From: Parcubacteria group bacterium M6-OD1-4
GTDB lineage: Bacteria; Patescibacteriota; Patescibacteriia; Patescibacteriales; UBA12465
Direction of reading: 5' to 3'
DNA: 64,000 bases
NCBI GenBank assembly: GCA_003056205.1
Contig: LSNS01000004.1
Span: 124,630 to 188,629, forward strand
Position 1 is the stretch's first letter. Each line of letters starts with the position of its first letter. The notes beneath the pieces were generated by a model. The model was not told the origin of the DNA, ran no database searches, and saw only the letters and a list, made by a program, of their open reading frames with translations. The translations under genes and the position numbers were made by a program. Positions 38,287 through 47,688 of this stretch are shown here, in pieces.

Positions 38287-38841
38287 ATGTCTAAAATTAT
38301 TATCGGTTTAACAGGACCAATTGCTAGTGGGAAAGATGTAACAAAAAAGTATTTAGAAAAAAAATATCAGGCCCAAAGTTATCGCTTCTCAACAGTCTTA
38401 CGTGATATTTTAAAACGTCTTTACTCGCCAATTAGTAGAAAGAATTTACAAGATTTATCTCTGAATCTCCGAACTCTCTTTGGCAGCAATATTTTAGCCC
38501 AAGTTATTGCTCAAGATGTTGATAATAGCCAACAAGAAATTGTCATTGTAGAAGGTATTAGGCGTTTAGCGGATATTGAGACTTTAAAAGATTTTTCTAA
38601 TTTCTATTTAATAAGCATCTCCGCCAAGCAAAAAATACGTTATGAGCGAGTGATAAAACGTAATGAAAATGTGGGCGATGCTCAAAAAACTTTTGCAGAA
38701 TTTTTGACTGATGAAAATAAAGAATCAGAATTAGAAATTCCAATAGTGATGGCCAAAGCAAAATATCAATTAGATAATAACCAAAGCTTAACAGATTTAT
38801 ATCGGGAAATAGATGAAATAATTAGAAAAATTAAAAAATGA
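38287..38841 (+). CDS. P-loop nucleotide kinase (dephospho-CoA kinase / dNMP kinase-like), substrate unknown
   Basis: Walker A GLTGPIASGKD at the N-terminus; 184 aa. Embedded in the thymidylate operon. Confidence 0.55.
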   Translation: MSKIIIGLTGPIASGKDVTKKYLEKKYQAQSYRFSTVLRDILKRLYSPISRKNLQDLSLNLRTLFGSNILAQVIAQDVDNSQQEIVIVEGIRRLADIETLKDFSNFYLISISAKQKIRYERVIKRNENVGDAQKTFAEFLTDENKESELEIPIVMAKAKYQLDNNQSLTDLYREIDEIIRKIKK

Positions 38842-38842
38842 T

Positions 38843-39529
38843 ATGAAGAAACCAATAGGAAAATTTATTGTCATTGACGGCACAGACGGTAGTGGCAAAG
38901 CGACGCAACTTGATCTCTTAGTTCAACGATTGGAAAACAAGGGGTACCAAGTAAAAACCGCTGATTTTCCACAATATAACACTAAATCAGCAGGAGCAAT
39001 TGAAGAATATTTATCCGGCAAATATGGAACAGCTGAAGAGGTCGGTCCTTATAAAGCTTCAATTTTCTATGCCACTGATCGTTATGATGCTAGTTTTAAA
39101 ATAAGAGAATGGTTAAGTGCTGGTTATATTGTCCTCTCTAATCGCTATACTAGTGCGAATATGGGACATCAGGGCGGAAAAATAAGCAATTCTGTAGAAC
39201 GACGAGTTTTCTTCGATTGGCTAGACGATTTAGAATATAAAATATTTGGAATTCCACGACCAGACCTGTCTCTCATCCTTCATGTTGAATCTCGAGTTGC
39301 TCAAAAATTAGCTAAAGATAGGGGCCGAGAAGATTGGGTTGGTAAAAAAAATGATATTCACGAAAACAATCTTCATCATCTTCAAATGGCAGAGAAGGTT
39401 TATCTAGAAATAGCCAATAGTTTTCCAAATTTTGAATTAATTAATTGTACAAAAAATAAAAAAATTTTTAGTCGCGAGAAAATTAGTCTCCTAGTTTGGC
39501 AAGTGGTAGAAAAATTAATAAATCAATAA
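38843..39529 (+). CDS. tmk: Thymidylate kinase
   Basis: FIVIDGTDGSGKATQ P-loop and the DRY motif (ATDRYD); 228 aa. Confidence 0.9.
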   Translation: MKKPIGKFIVIDGTDGSGKATQLDLLVQRLENKGYQVKTADFPQYNTKSAGAIEEYLSGKYGTAEEVGPYKASIFYATDRYDASFKIREWLSAGYIVLSNRYTSANMGHQGGKISNSVERRVFFDWLDDLEYKIFGIPRPDLSLILHVESRVAQKLAKDRGREDWVGKKNDIHENNLHHLQMAEKVYLEIANSFPNFELINCTKNKKIFSREKISLLVWQVVEKLINQ

Positions 39530-39531
39530 AA

Positions 39532-39978
39532 ATGAATAATAATCTCTCCCACAATTTGATTCTCAGAATTGAACGACTTAGTCCGCAAGCCAAGCTGCCA
39601 CAAAAAGCTCATCCAGGTGATGCGGCTTATGATCTCTATGCGAATGATTATTACTCTCTAGAGCCTCAGCAACAAGCGATAATTAAGATTGGTGTAAAAA
39701 TGGCTATTCCTGAAGGATTCGTCGGTTTAATCTGGGATAAGAGTGGTCTCGCCTCTCAAGGTCTGACGACAATCGGTGGTGTGATTGATGCTAATTATCG
39801 AGGAGAAATTAAGGTAATTCTTAAAAATTTAAGTCAAGAAGTTTTTAAAATTATTCCCGAACAAAAGGTGGCCCAAATTTTAATACAAGAAATCGCTAAA
39901 ATAGAAATAAAAGAGGAAAAAATAACTAACACTACTGAACGTCAAGACCGAGGTTTTGGGAGTTCAGGACAATTCTAA
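39532..39978 (+). CDS. dut: dUTP diphosphatase
   Basis: GDAAYDL, GVIDANYRGE and RGFGSSG motifs. I set the start at ATG 39532 (MNNNLSH...), just after the tmk stop, rather than the track start 39496. Confidence 0.9.
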   Translation: MNNNLSHNLILRIERLSPQAKLPQKAHPGDAAYDLYANDYYSLEPQQQAIIKIGVKMAIPEGFVGLIWDKSGLASQGLTTIGGVIDANYRGEIKVILKNLSQEVFKIIPEQKVAQILIQEIAKIEIKEEKITNTTERQDRGFGSSGQF

Positions 39979-39979
39979 T

Positions 39980-41485
39980 ATGACTTATGATGTAATTATC
40001 GGTTTAGAAATTCATGCCGAATTAAAAACTAAAAGCAAAATGTTTTGTTCCTGCGATAACAATTCTCAGGATAAGGCTCCAAATACTGCGGTCTGTCCAA
40101 TTTGTTTAGGGCATCCTGGTACACTGCCGGTCCCTAACAAACAAGCAATTAACTGGACAATTTTAACTGGCCTAGCTCTTCATTGTCAAATTAATCGTCT
40201 TTCTAAATTTGATCGAAAAAATTATTTTTATCCCGATCTACCAAAAGGATATCAAATATCTCAATATGATCAACCTTTAACCTACAAGGGTTATTTAGAA
40301 ATTGATGGCCGAAAAATAGATATTACCCGAATTCACCTTGAAGAAGACACGGGTAAATCTTTGCATTTTAAAAAAGAAAATTATACTTTATTGGATTTCA
40401 ATCGAGCGGGCACCCCCTTAATGGAATTAGTTACTGAACCGGTAATTAAGGATGCTAGCGAAGCTAAAAAGTTTTGTCAAAATTATCAACGAATTTTACG
40501 CTATTTAGATATTAGTAATGCCGATATGGAGAAAGGACAGATGCGTTGCGAAGCGAATGTTAGTGTCCAAAAAAAGGGTCATTGGGAATATAAAGATGGT
40601 TTGATTCTAGCAAAGAATAATAAAGAATTAAGCGCTAAAGTAGAGGTTAAAAATATTAATTCCTTCCGAGCAGTTGAAAAAGCAATTAACTTCGAAATTA
40701 AACGGCAGACTGCCTTATTAGAAGAAAATAAAAAGGTTTTAGGAGAAACACGGGGTTGGAATGAACATCAAAATGCCACAGTTGGGCAACGCTTAAAAGA
40801 AAGTTCCGCCGATTATCGTTATTTTCCTGAACCAGATATTCCAATCCTCAAAATTGACGACAACCTAATAGCTGATATTCGATCCCAATTGCCAGAACTA
40901 CCCGAAGCCAAAAAAGAACGTTTTATGAAAGAATATGATTATTCTGAGAAGTTGGCGAGTATTTTGGTTAATGATAAAAAATTAGCCTCTTGGACAGAAG
41001 AAGTCATTTCAGAATTAAAGGCTTGGATTAAGGCTACCGGCGATAAATTTGAACGTCAAGAAAAACGTTTGGCCAAAGCGGCGGCTAATTTAATTACTGG
41101 TGAATTACTAAAGCATCTCAATACTGATAACAAGAAAATTAGTGATTTAAATATTACTGCAGAAAATTTTGCGGAATTAATAACTTTAATTTATCAACAA
41201 AAGGTTAATTCATCGGCGGGACAAAGGATTTTAGAAGAAATGTATCATCACGGTGGTGATCCGACAGATATTATGGATAATTTAGGCTTAAAGCAATTAG
41301 ATAATTCCGCCGAACTAGAAACTTTCGTTAAAAAAATTATTCAGGCTCATCCCCAACAATTAGCTCAATATCGTCAGGGAAAAGTCAACGTCATCCAATT
41401 TTTCATCGGGAAAGTTATGGCCGAAACTAAAGGAAAGGCTAATCCAAAAATTGTCCGTGAGTTATTAGAAAAACTATTAAAATAA
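39980..41485 (+). CDS. gatB: Asp-tRNA(Asn)/Glu-tRNA(Gln) amidotransferase subunit B
   Basis: VIGLEIHAEL, CPICLGHPGTLP, HLEEDTGK, RAGTPLMELVTEP and MRCEANVS motifs. I set the start at ATG 39980 (MTYDVIIG...). Confidence 0.95.
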   Translation: MTYDVIIGLEIHAELKTKSKMFCSCDNNSQDKAPNTAVCPICLGHPGTLPVPNKQAINWTILTGLALHCQINRLSKFDRKNYFYPDLPKGYQISQYDQPLTYKGYLEIDGRKIDITRIHLEEDTGKSLHFKKENYTLLDFNRAGTPLMELVTEPVIKDASEAKKFCQNYQRILRYLDISNADMEKGQMRCEANVSVQKKGHWEYKDGLILAKNNKELSAKVEVKNINSFRAVEKAINFEIKRQTALLEENKKVLGETRGWNEHQNATVGQRLKESSADYRYFPEPDIPILKIDDNLIADIRSQLPELPEAKKERFMKEYDYSEKLASILVNDKKLASWTEEVISELKAWIKATGDKFERQEKRLAKAAANLITGELLKHLNTDNKKISDLNITAENFAELITLIYQQKVNSSAGQRILEEMYHHGGDPTDIMDNLGLKQLDNSAELETFVKKIIQAHPQQLAQYRQGKVNVIQFFIGKVMAETKGKANPKIVRELLEKLLK

Positions 41486-41505
41486 TTAGCTAATAATCTA
41501 AATCT

Positions 41506-41536
41506 AAAAAAAGCTTAAGTATTACTTGAGCTTTTT
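41506..41536. terminator. Bidirectional terminator between gatB and miaA
   Basis: A-run, stem AAGCTTAAG (41511-41519) pairing with CTTGAGCTT (41525-41533) with one G-U, loop TATTA, then a T-run. Confidence 0.65.
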
Positions 41537-41540
41537 ATTA

Positions 41541-42491
41541 CTATTTTTTCATTTTCTCTAATACTTCCTGATAACTTTTTACCCATTCAATCTTCTTTCC
41601 TTGTTTTTCCCAACGTTTAAACCAAGTTTTTTGGCGTTTCGCAAAACGATAAGTAGCCTGAGCTAATTTATCGATCATTTCTGAATAACTTAATTCTTCT
41701 AAGAGATGTTGGCTAATAAATTTATATTCTAAACCAAAGGATTTCAAACGTTGCCAAGATAAACCCTGCTCATGCAAAGCTTGAACTTCAGCAACCATTC
41801 CCTCTTTTTCTAAACGTTCTAAAATTCGTTGTAAAATTCTTTCTCGAAGAATTTTATCAGACCAAGACAAGCCAAAAATTAAAAAATCATAAGGAGACTT
41901 TTTCCGGGTTTTCCCAGGGATTATCCCCGCTTCAACAATTTCTAAATAACGTACTAAATGACGAATATTATGGCGTTCACTATTATTTAAATGTTGAGCA
42001 AATTCTGGTTTGAGTTTAGTAATTTTTGATAACAATTCTTCAGCGCTTAGGTCTTCATTCTGAGCACGCTGGATTAAATTAGGTTTAATGGTTGATAAAT
42101 TATAGTGATCAACTACCGCTTGGAGATATAAGCCACTACCACCAACAATAATTGGTAATTTGTGTCGAGCTAAAATATCTTTAATAGCCTGAAAAGCTAG
42201 TTTCTGATACTGTGCTAAATCAAATTTAACTTGGGGACTAACGACGTCAATCAAATGATATCTAACTTTCGGGCCACCCTGAGAATACTGAATCAAATCT
42301 TTTCCTGAACCAACATCTAAACCGCGATAAACTTGTCGACTATCAGCACTAATAATTTCTCCGGCAAATTGTCGAGCCAAATGAATAGCGAAAGCCGTTT
42401 TGCCACTAGCGGTTGGTCCAAGAATAACTAAAATCTGAGCTGGAGCCGAAGATGATTTAATTTCTTTTTTAATTTTGCTACTTGTCGCCAT
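41541..42491 (-). CDS. miaA: tRNA dimethylallyltransferase
   Basis: ILGPTASGKT P-loop, ISADSRQVYRGLDVGSGK and GGSGLY motifs; 316 aa. Confidence 0.95.
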   Translation of the reverse strand: MATSSKIKKEIKSSSAPAQILVILGPTASGKTAFAIHLARQFAGEIISADSRQVYRGLDVGSGKDLIQYSQGGPKVRYHLIDVVSPQVKFDLAQYQKLAFQAIKDILARHKLPIIVGGSGLYLQAVVDHYNLSTIKPNLIQRAQNEDLSAEELLSKITKLKPEFAQHLNNSERHNIRHLVRYLEIVEAGIIPGKTRKKSPYDFLIFGLSWSDKILRERILQRILERLEKEGMVAEVQALHEQGLSWQRLKSFGLEYKFISQHLLEELSYSEMIDKLAQATYRFAKRQKTWFKRWEKQGKKIEWVKSYQEVLEKMKK

Positions 42492-42512
42492 AATTATAAA
42501 TATTAAGAACTA

Positions 42513-43838
42513 CTACTTTAATTCCCCTTCCAAACCGAAAGCTCGAGCCTTAGTTATTTTAATTTTTAGAAATTTTCCTGATAAATCTTTCTGATTTTTA
42601 ATATTTTTTAAATTCTTAATAACCACTGTCTGATAACTACTAGCTTTACCATGGTAATCACCATGTTTATTTTTCCCTTCCACTAAAATCTCTAAGGTCT
42701 GCCCTAAATATTTTTTATTATTTTCTAAGGCCGTTCGCTGAAGAATTTCATTTAATTTTTTAGCTCGTCGCTTTTTCTCAAGTGCCGAAACATTATCTTT
42801 CATTTTCGCCGCAAGTGTCCCAGGGCGAGGACTATATTGTAAAATATAAGCTAAATCAAATTTTAAATCTTCAAAAAGTTGAACAGTATGTTGAAATTGT
42901 TTTCTAGTTTCTCCTGGAAAACCAACAATGACATCAGTGGTAATTGCTATCCCTGGCTTAGCTAGTCTCATTTTTTTAATTAAACTTTGATAATGACGAG
43001 CGGTATACTGACGCTTCATTGCTCTTAAAATATCATCATCTCCAGATTGCACTGCTAAATGAAGATGAGAACAAACTTTTGGAGAAGAACCCATCACCAA
43101 CATTAATTCGGAACTTAAATCCTTGGGATGACTAGAAGAAAATCGTAACCAGAACTTTCCCGGAATTTTTATTAATTGAGCCAATAAACGGGAAAAATTA
43201 TAATCTTGATCTTGATAGCTATTAACATTTTGGGCAATTAAAATTATCTCCCGATATCCACGATGGACTAAACTACGCACTTCGGTAATAATATCTAGCG
43301 TCGGTCGATAAACTTCTGGGCCCCGAGCATAAGGCACCACACAATAGGAGCAAAAATTATTACAACCATTGCCAATCGGGACGTAAGCGGTAAATTTACT
43401 TTGATACTTAGGTGAAATATTAAGATATTTTTCGCCCTTTTCTAAACGGATATCATCTAAACTAAAATAAGGTTCATAAGTCTGACCTTGCAATAATTCT
43501 GGTAATTGGAGGAGTTCATTAATTGGTAAAAAAATATCGGCTCGACCACGTAAACGTTTTTGGACATCCGCCCGTCGACTTAAACAACCAGCAACAATAA
43601 CTTTGGCCTGGGGATTATATTTATTAACTTGGTTAATCAGTCCATAAGCCCGATCTTCAGCTGGTTGACGCACTCCACAAGTATTGATAATTACTATTCC
43701 GGCAGTTTTAAAATTAGTGACCTCTTGAAAACCATTATTATCCAAGAAGGCGGCTAAACGTTCACTGTCAGCTTGATTCATTTGACAGCCAATGGTCATT
43801 AAGTAATAAGTCTTATTTTTTGGTGTTGATATTTTCAT
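42513..43838 (-). CDS. miaB: tRNA-i6A37 methylthiotransferase (radical SAM, MiaB family)
   Basis: N-terminal UPF0004 cysteines (GCQMN...NTCGVR...GC), radical SAM CNNFCSYC and a C-terminal TRAM-like region. Confidence 0.9.
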   Translation of the reverse strand: MKISTPKNKTYYLMTIGCQMNQADSERLAAFLDNNGFQEVTNFKTAGIVIINTCGVRQPAEDRAYGLINQVNKYNPQAKVIVAGCLSRRADVQKRLRGRADIFLPINELLQLPELLQGQTYEPYFSLDDIRLEKGEKYLNISPKYQSKFTAYVPIGNGCNNFCSYCVVPYARGPEVYRPTLDIITEVRSLVHRGYREIILIAQNVNSYQDQDYNFSRLLAQLIKIPGKFWLRFSSSHPKDLSSELMLVMGSSPKVCSHLHLAVQSGDDDILRAMKRQYTARHYQSLIKKMRLAKPGIAITTDVIVGFPGETRKQFQHTVQLFEDLKFDLAYILQYSPRPGTLAAKMKDNVSALEKKRRAKKLNEILQRTALENNKKYLGQTLEILVEGKNKHGDYHGKASSYQTVVIKNLKNIKNQKDLSGKFLKIKITKARAFGLEGELK

Positions 43839-43848
43839 TTTTTAATCT

Positions 43849-45618
43849 TTAAAATTTGTTTTTTAGCTCTAACTGGTATAAACCAAAACGAAGATTTAAT
43901 TTTCTAATTAATTTAAGTCGTAAATTATAAGGTTTTAATTTACGATTATTTAAATAATTAACAGTAGCTTGATTTAAATAAAAATTATAATAATAAACTG
44001 GATAATACTTTAGCAATTTAGTGGCCGTTAATTGAATCTGCCGATTAGGCAAAGTGCCAACAATTACCTGTCGCTCAGGCCAAAAATATTTATCATTATA
44101 ACGAGTAATAATTATAGAATTAGGAGCCGTCAAAGACCAAACTTGTTGAGTAGTTATTTTCTCAATTTGATCATGATAATACAAGTATCCCAACCCTTCA
44201 TCGGAACCATATAACACAAATATAATAGAAGAACTAGCGATAATTAAAATAAATAGAACCTGCAGGGCGGTACTAATTATTTTTTTCATTCGCACTGATT
44301 TATATAATTTAGAAAAAGAAATTGCCCGACTGAGACGAATTAAAGCTAAAGCAACTAAGGGAAATAATCCTAAATAAATTGGTAACCAATAACGTGTATA
44401 GGAATTGCCAATTGTAAATTGATGAATATTAGGATTATCATTAAATTTCCAGCTACCATAATAAAGAATTAAAATGGCACTTAATACTAAGTAACTGATA
44501 GAATAAACTAAATATTTTTTTTGAAAATGACGATAATTCTTTTCGATTAAAAAAACAAAACCTAAAAAACCACCATAAAAAATAAAAGGAAACATTCGAA
44601 AAATATAATGTCCCGCCATGACCAAAGATTGTTTAAAATTAAAACCAAAATAAAAAACATTAATAAAGATTTGTTGGAAATACTGACGATAATAATTAAA
44701 TTGTCCAGTCCAAGTAGATTTAATAATCCCTCCACTAGAAAGAGCGATATTATTCAAAGAACTATTCATCGCTGGATAACCACCGTGCCAAAAAATACCG
44801 TAAATAATTTGATTATAATAGGCAACTGGCAACATCGCTAGCACAATCGCAGAAATAAACAAAATCGGCTTAGTTAAACCGAGACGGCGAGCATAAAACA
44901 ACCAAATTATTATCAATACTGGCAAGAGCCATAAGAGTTCAGAAGTACGAGTGATAATTGCCAGACCAGTGAATAAGCCACCAATAAAAATTGCTAATAG
45001 TTCCCACCATTGTCGTGCTGGCAAAGACCAAGTCAAAAATTTTGTCTTTAATTTTATCGTTTTAGGTCCCCAAGCCAGAAGAGAAAAATATAGGCCAGCT
45101 AAAAGTAAAACAATGAACAAAACATTGTGGAACATACTCCGAACTGTATAGTAAATATAAACTGGAAAACTGGCTAATAAAAAAGCAGACCACAGAGCCA
45201 CTCGTTCTGAAAATAAGCGTTTTATTATTAAATAGAAAAGAATTAGCCCCCAGGCAGCAAACCAGGGAGTCAAGAAAGGAATGACTGCCGAACCCAAAAG
45301 AGCAGCTAGCTGCCCATAAATTAGAATAATACCGAGAAAACTAACTGGTTTTAACCATCCCTGGTCACTGCGCACACTCCGCGGAATAACTAGTCCCTGA
45401 CCAATAAGATCGGCTTGGCTGAAAACGGCTAATTGCCGAGTTTGACTAAAATTCTTAGCAAAAAAATAATTGGCAGTTTCATCTGGAGAAGACCATTTTA
45501 CATAATTTCGAGATTGAGAATAGTAATTAAAACTAGCTGTGGCTAAAAAGAAAAGAAGTGCTAATAATACTACCAAAATTAAACTAAAATATTTTTTTAT
45601 CAGTACCTTAAAAGTCAT
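43849..45618 (-). CDS. Polytopic membrane protein with GT-C / PMT_2 (ArnT-like) glycosyltransferase architecture
   Basis: About 12 TM segments. The first extracytoplasmic loop carries SPDETANYFFAKNF, a DE acidic motif as in GT-C enzymes. There is a C-terminal soluble domain, and it is one of the few genes with an SD (AGGAGAATAATG). Confidence 0.45.
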   Translation of the reverse strand: MTFKVLIKKYFSLILVVLLALLFFLATASFNYYSQSRNYVKWSSPDETANYFFAKNFSQTRQLAVFSQADLIGQGLVIPRSVRSDQGWLKPVSFLGIILIYGQLAALLGSAVIPFLTPWFAAWGLILFYLIIKRLFSERVALWSAFLLASFPVYIYYTVRSMFHNVLFIVLLLAGLYFSLLAWGPKTIKLKTKFLTWSLPARQWWELLAIFIGGLFTGLAIITRTSELLWLLPVLIIIWLFYARRLGLTKPILFISAIVLAMLPVAYYNQIIYGIFWHGGYPAMNSSLNNIALSSGGIIKSTWTGQFNYYRQYFQQIFINVFYFGFNFKQSLVMAGHYIFRMFPFIFYGGFLGFVFLIEKNYRHFQKKYLVYSISYLVLSAILILYYGSWKFNDNPNIHQFTIGNSYTRYWLPIYLGLFPLVALALIRLSRAISFSKLYKSVRMKKIISTALQVLFILIIASSSIIFVLYGSDEGLGYLYYHDQIEKITTQQVWSLTAPNSIIITRYNDKYFWPERQVIVGTLPNRQIQLTATKLLKYYPVYYYNFYLNQATVNYLNNRKLKPYNLRLKLIRKLNLRFGLYQLELKNKF

Positions 45619-45666
45619 TATTCTCCTATTAATCTTTAGATAAACTTAAATTAATAGTATCTAAAA

Positions 45667-45696
45667 TTGCCAATTTTGGCAAGAATTTGTTATGAT
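45667..45696 (+). promoter_or_regulatory. Candidate promoter TTGCCA-18-TATGAT overlapping a 16-bp palindrome; -10 ends 6 nt before the ATG
   Basis: TTGCCAA-TT-TTGGCAA is a perfect inverted repeat at 45667-45682. TATGAT lies at 45691-45696 and the ATG at 45703. Confidence 0.4.
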
Positions 45697-45702
45697 TAAG
45701 AC

Positions 45703-47688
45703 ATGATAAAAAGAATTATAAATTGTCCAAAAATTATTCATAATTTAAACGATATTTCCTTATTGTTAGTGGTTTTAACGATTATTTGGGGAACTATTGT
45801 CTATTATCTATATGCTCTAAATCTTTTCGGTATTATTATTTCCCTAATTTTAATTATCGCTAGTTTTGTTATCCTTTATCCCTACTGGAATAAAAGACAA
45901 ACTATAACAGCTGATTTACAACTTAAGTACCAATATCAGATAAAACACAAAATAATTCCCACTTTAAAGAGTAAAATTCTAATTATAATTTACGCTTTAT
46001 TATATTTAATTCTGATTCAACAATTATTCCTGAGTCGAACTAGCCGAGCAATAATTTCTCCTTGGCAAGTAGTTGGTCAACCTTTCTTTTATCTTTATTT
46101 TTTGATTTCCCTGGTTCTAATTCTAATTCTTCTGCAAAAAACCATTGATCAGCGTTTAAAGATAATTTTAGTTTCGGCCCAATATTTAATTAGCTTTTCA
46201 ATTGCCATGATTGTTTACAAGATTGCCTATGGTTTTGATCCTATTATTCATCAGGCTACGATGGAATTAATTGCCAAAAAAGGATTTGTTCTTCCGAAGA
46301 CACCCTACTATTTAGGAGAATATAGTCTAATTATTATTATCCATCGAATAACTAGTTTTTCCATTGCTATTTTGAATAAGATTCTTGTTCCCGGATTAAC
46401 CGCTCTATTTTTGCCAACAGCTCTCTATCGTTTTTTGAAAAATAAAAACAAAAATTTTCCTCTCGCTCTCCTGTTTTTATTAATTTTGGGTTTTTCACCT
46501 TTTATTCTCAGTACTCCTCAAAATCTTAGTTATCTCTTCTTGTTGTTAACTGTCTTAGCGAGCTTCAATTATCCTGATTTATCTCGTGTTTATTTATTAG
46601 CAATCGCCACAGCCGCTATTCATCCTGTAACGGGTTTACCAGCGCTTATTTTTGTTCTTTGGCTCAGTTTTAAAAAATATCAACAGCGCTTAAAACCACT
46701 TTGGCAAAAAATTACTAAAACTTTTATTTTTATTTTAATGGGCGGAGCAATTCCAGGGGCATTAGTAATCGGTGGTGGTGGACACTGGCAAACAATTAAT
46801 CACTACTCTTGGTCTTTTTTTTCACCGCTAAAAGATTTAATTGCTCACCCAATTATGGCTGGTCAAGAAGATGTAATTTCTAACTTTATTTATTTCCTGG
46901 CCAGTAACTACAACATTTTCATAATCATCGCTATTCTGATGGCGCTATTATATTATTATCAAGTATCAGTAAGAGATAGACATGCTAAAATTGTAAACAA
47001 TTCTTTAGTGGTGATTAGTTTTGCTTTATTATTCAGCTATTTATTGAGCAAACAAATTATCTTTAAAGATTTAATTTCTTACGAACAAGCCAACTACAGC
47101 CAACGTTTACCAATCATCATCATGATTTTCTTATCACCCTTCCTAATCCGTGGTTTAAATAATATAATTATCAAAATTCGGCAACAAAAAAAAATGATCC
47201 AAATCATTTTTTTAACTACCGGCTTAATATTATTAACAACTAGCTTATATTTATCATATCCTCGCTGGGATAAATATTGGAATAGTCATGGTTATAGTAC
47301 CAGTCAGAACGACATTTTAGCTGTCCAATCTATTGCTCAAAATGCTCAACAACAAGCTTATCTGGTTTTAGCTGATCAACAAGTTAGTGCGGCGGCTTTG
47401 AAAGAATTCGGTTTTAATCATTATTATCAAACTAAATCTGGAAAAAACTATTTTTATCCAATTCCGACTGGGGGCTCTCTATATCAATACTATTTAAAAA
47501 TGGTTTATACTAAACCTCAAGTTCAAATTATGAATCAAGCTCTTCGTCTTATGGGAGTTTCAACGGGTTATTTAGTTATCAACAAATACTGGCATAACAG
47601 CGATCGTTCTATTAATGAAGCTAAACTGCAAGCTCGGAAATGGTGGACAATTAATCAAGAAATTTATATTTTTAAATACCAAGATTAA
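45703..47688 (+). CDS. Large polytopic membrane protein (661 aa) with a C-terminal extracytoplasmic domain; function unknown (GT-C-like layout)
   Basis: More than 12 hydrophobic helices, followed by a ~150-aa soluble C-terminus. I recognise no catalytic motif with confidence. Confidence 0.45.
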   Translation: MIKRIINCPKIIHNLNDISLLLVVLTIIWGTIVYYLYALNLFGIIISLILIIASFVILYPYWNKRQTITADLQLKYQYQIKHKIIPTLKSKILIIIYALLYLILIQQLFLSRTSRAIISPWQVVGQPFFYLYFLISLVLILILLQKTIDQRLKIILVSAQYLISFSIAMIVYKIAYGFDPIIHQATMELIAKKGFVLPKTPYYLGEYSLIIIIHRITSFSIAILNKILVPGLTALFLPTALYRFLKNKNKNFPLALLFLLILGFSPFILSTPQNLSYLFLLLTVLASFNYPDLSRVYLLAIATAAIHPVTGLPALIFVLWLSFKKYQQRLKPLWQKITKTFIFILMGGAIPGALVIGGGGHWQTINHYSWSFFSPLKDLIAHPIMAGQEDVISNFIYFLASNYNIFIIIAILMALLYYYQVSVRDRHAKIVNNSLVVISFALLFSYLLSKQIIFKDLISYEQANYSQRLPIIIMIFLSPFLIRGLNNIIIKIRQQKKMIQIIFLTTGLILLTTSLYLSYPRWDKYWNSHGYSTSQNDILAVQSIAQNAQQQAYLVLADQQVSAAALKEFGFNHYYQTKSGKNYFYPIPTGGSLYQYYLKMVYTKPQVQIMNQALRLMGVSTGYLVINKYWHNSDRSINEAKLQARKWWTINQEIYIFKYQD

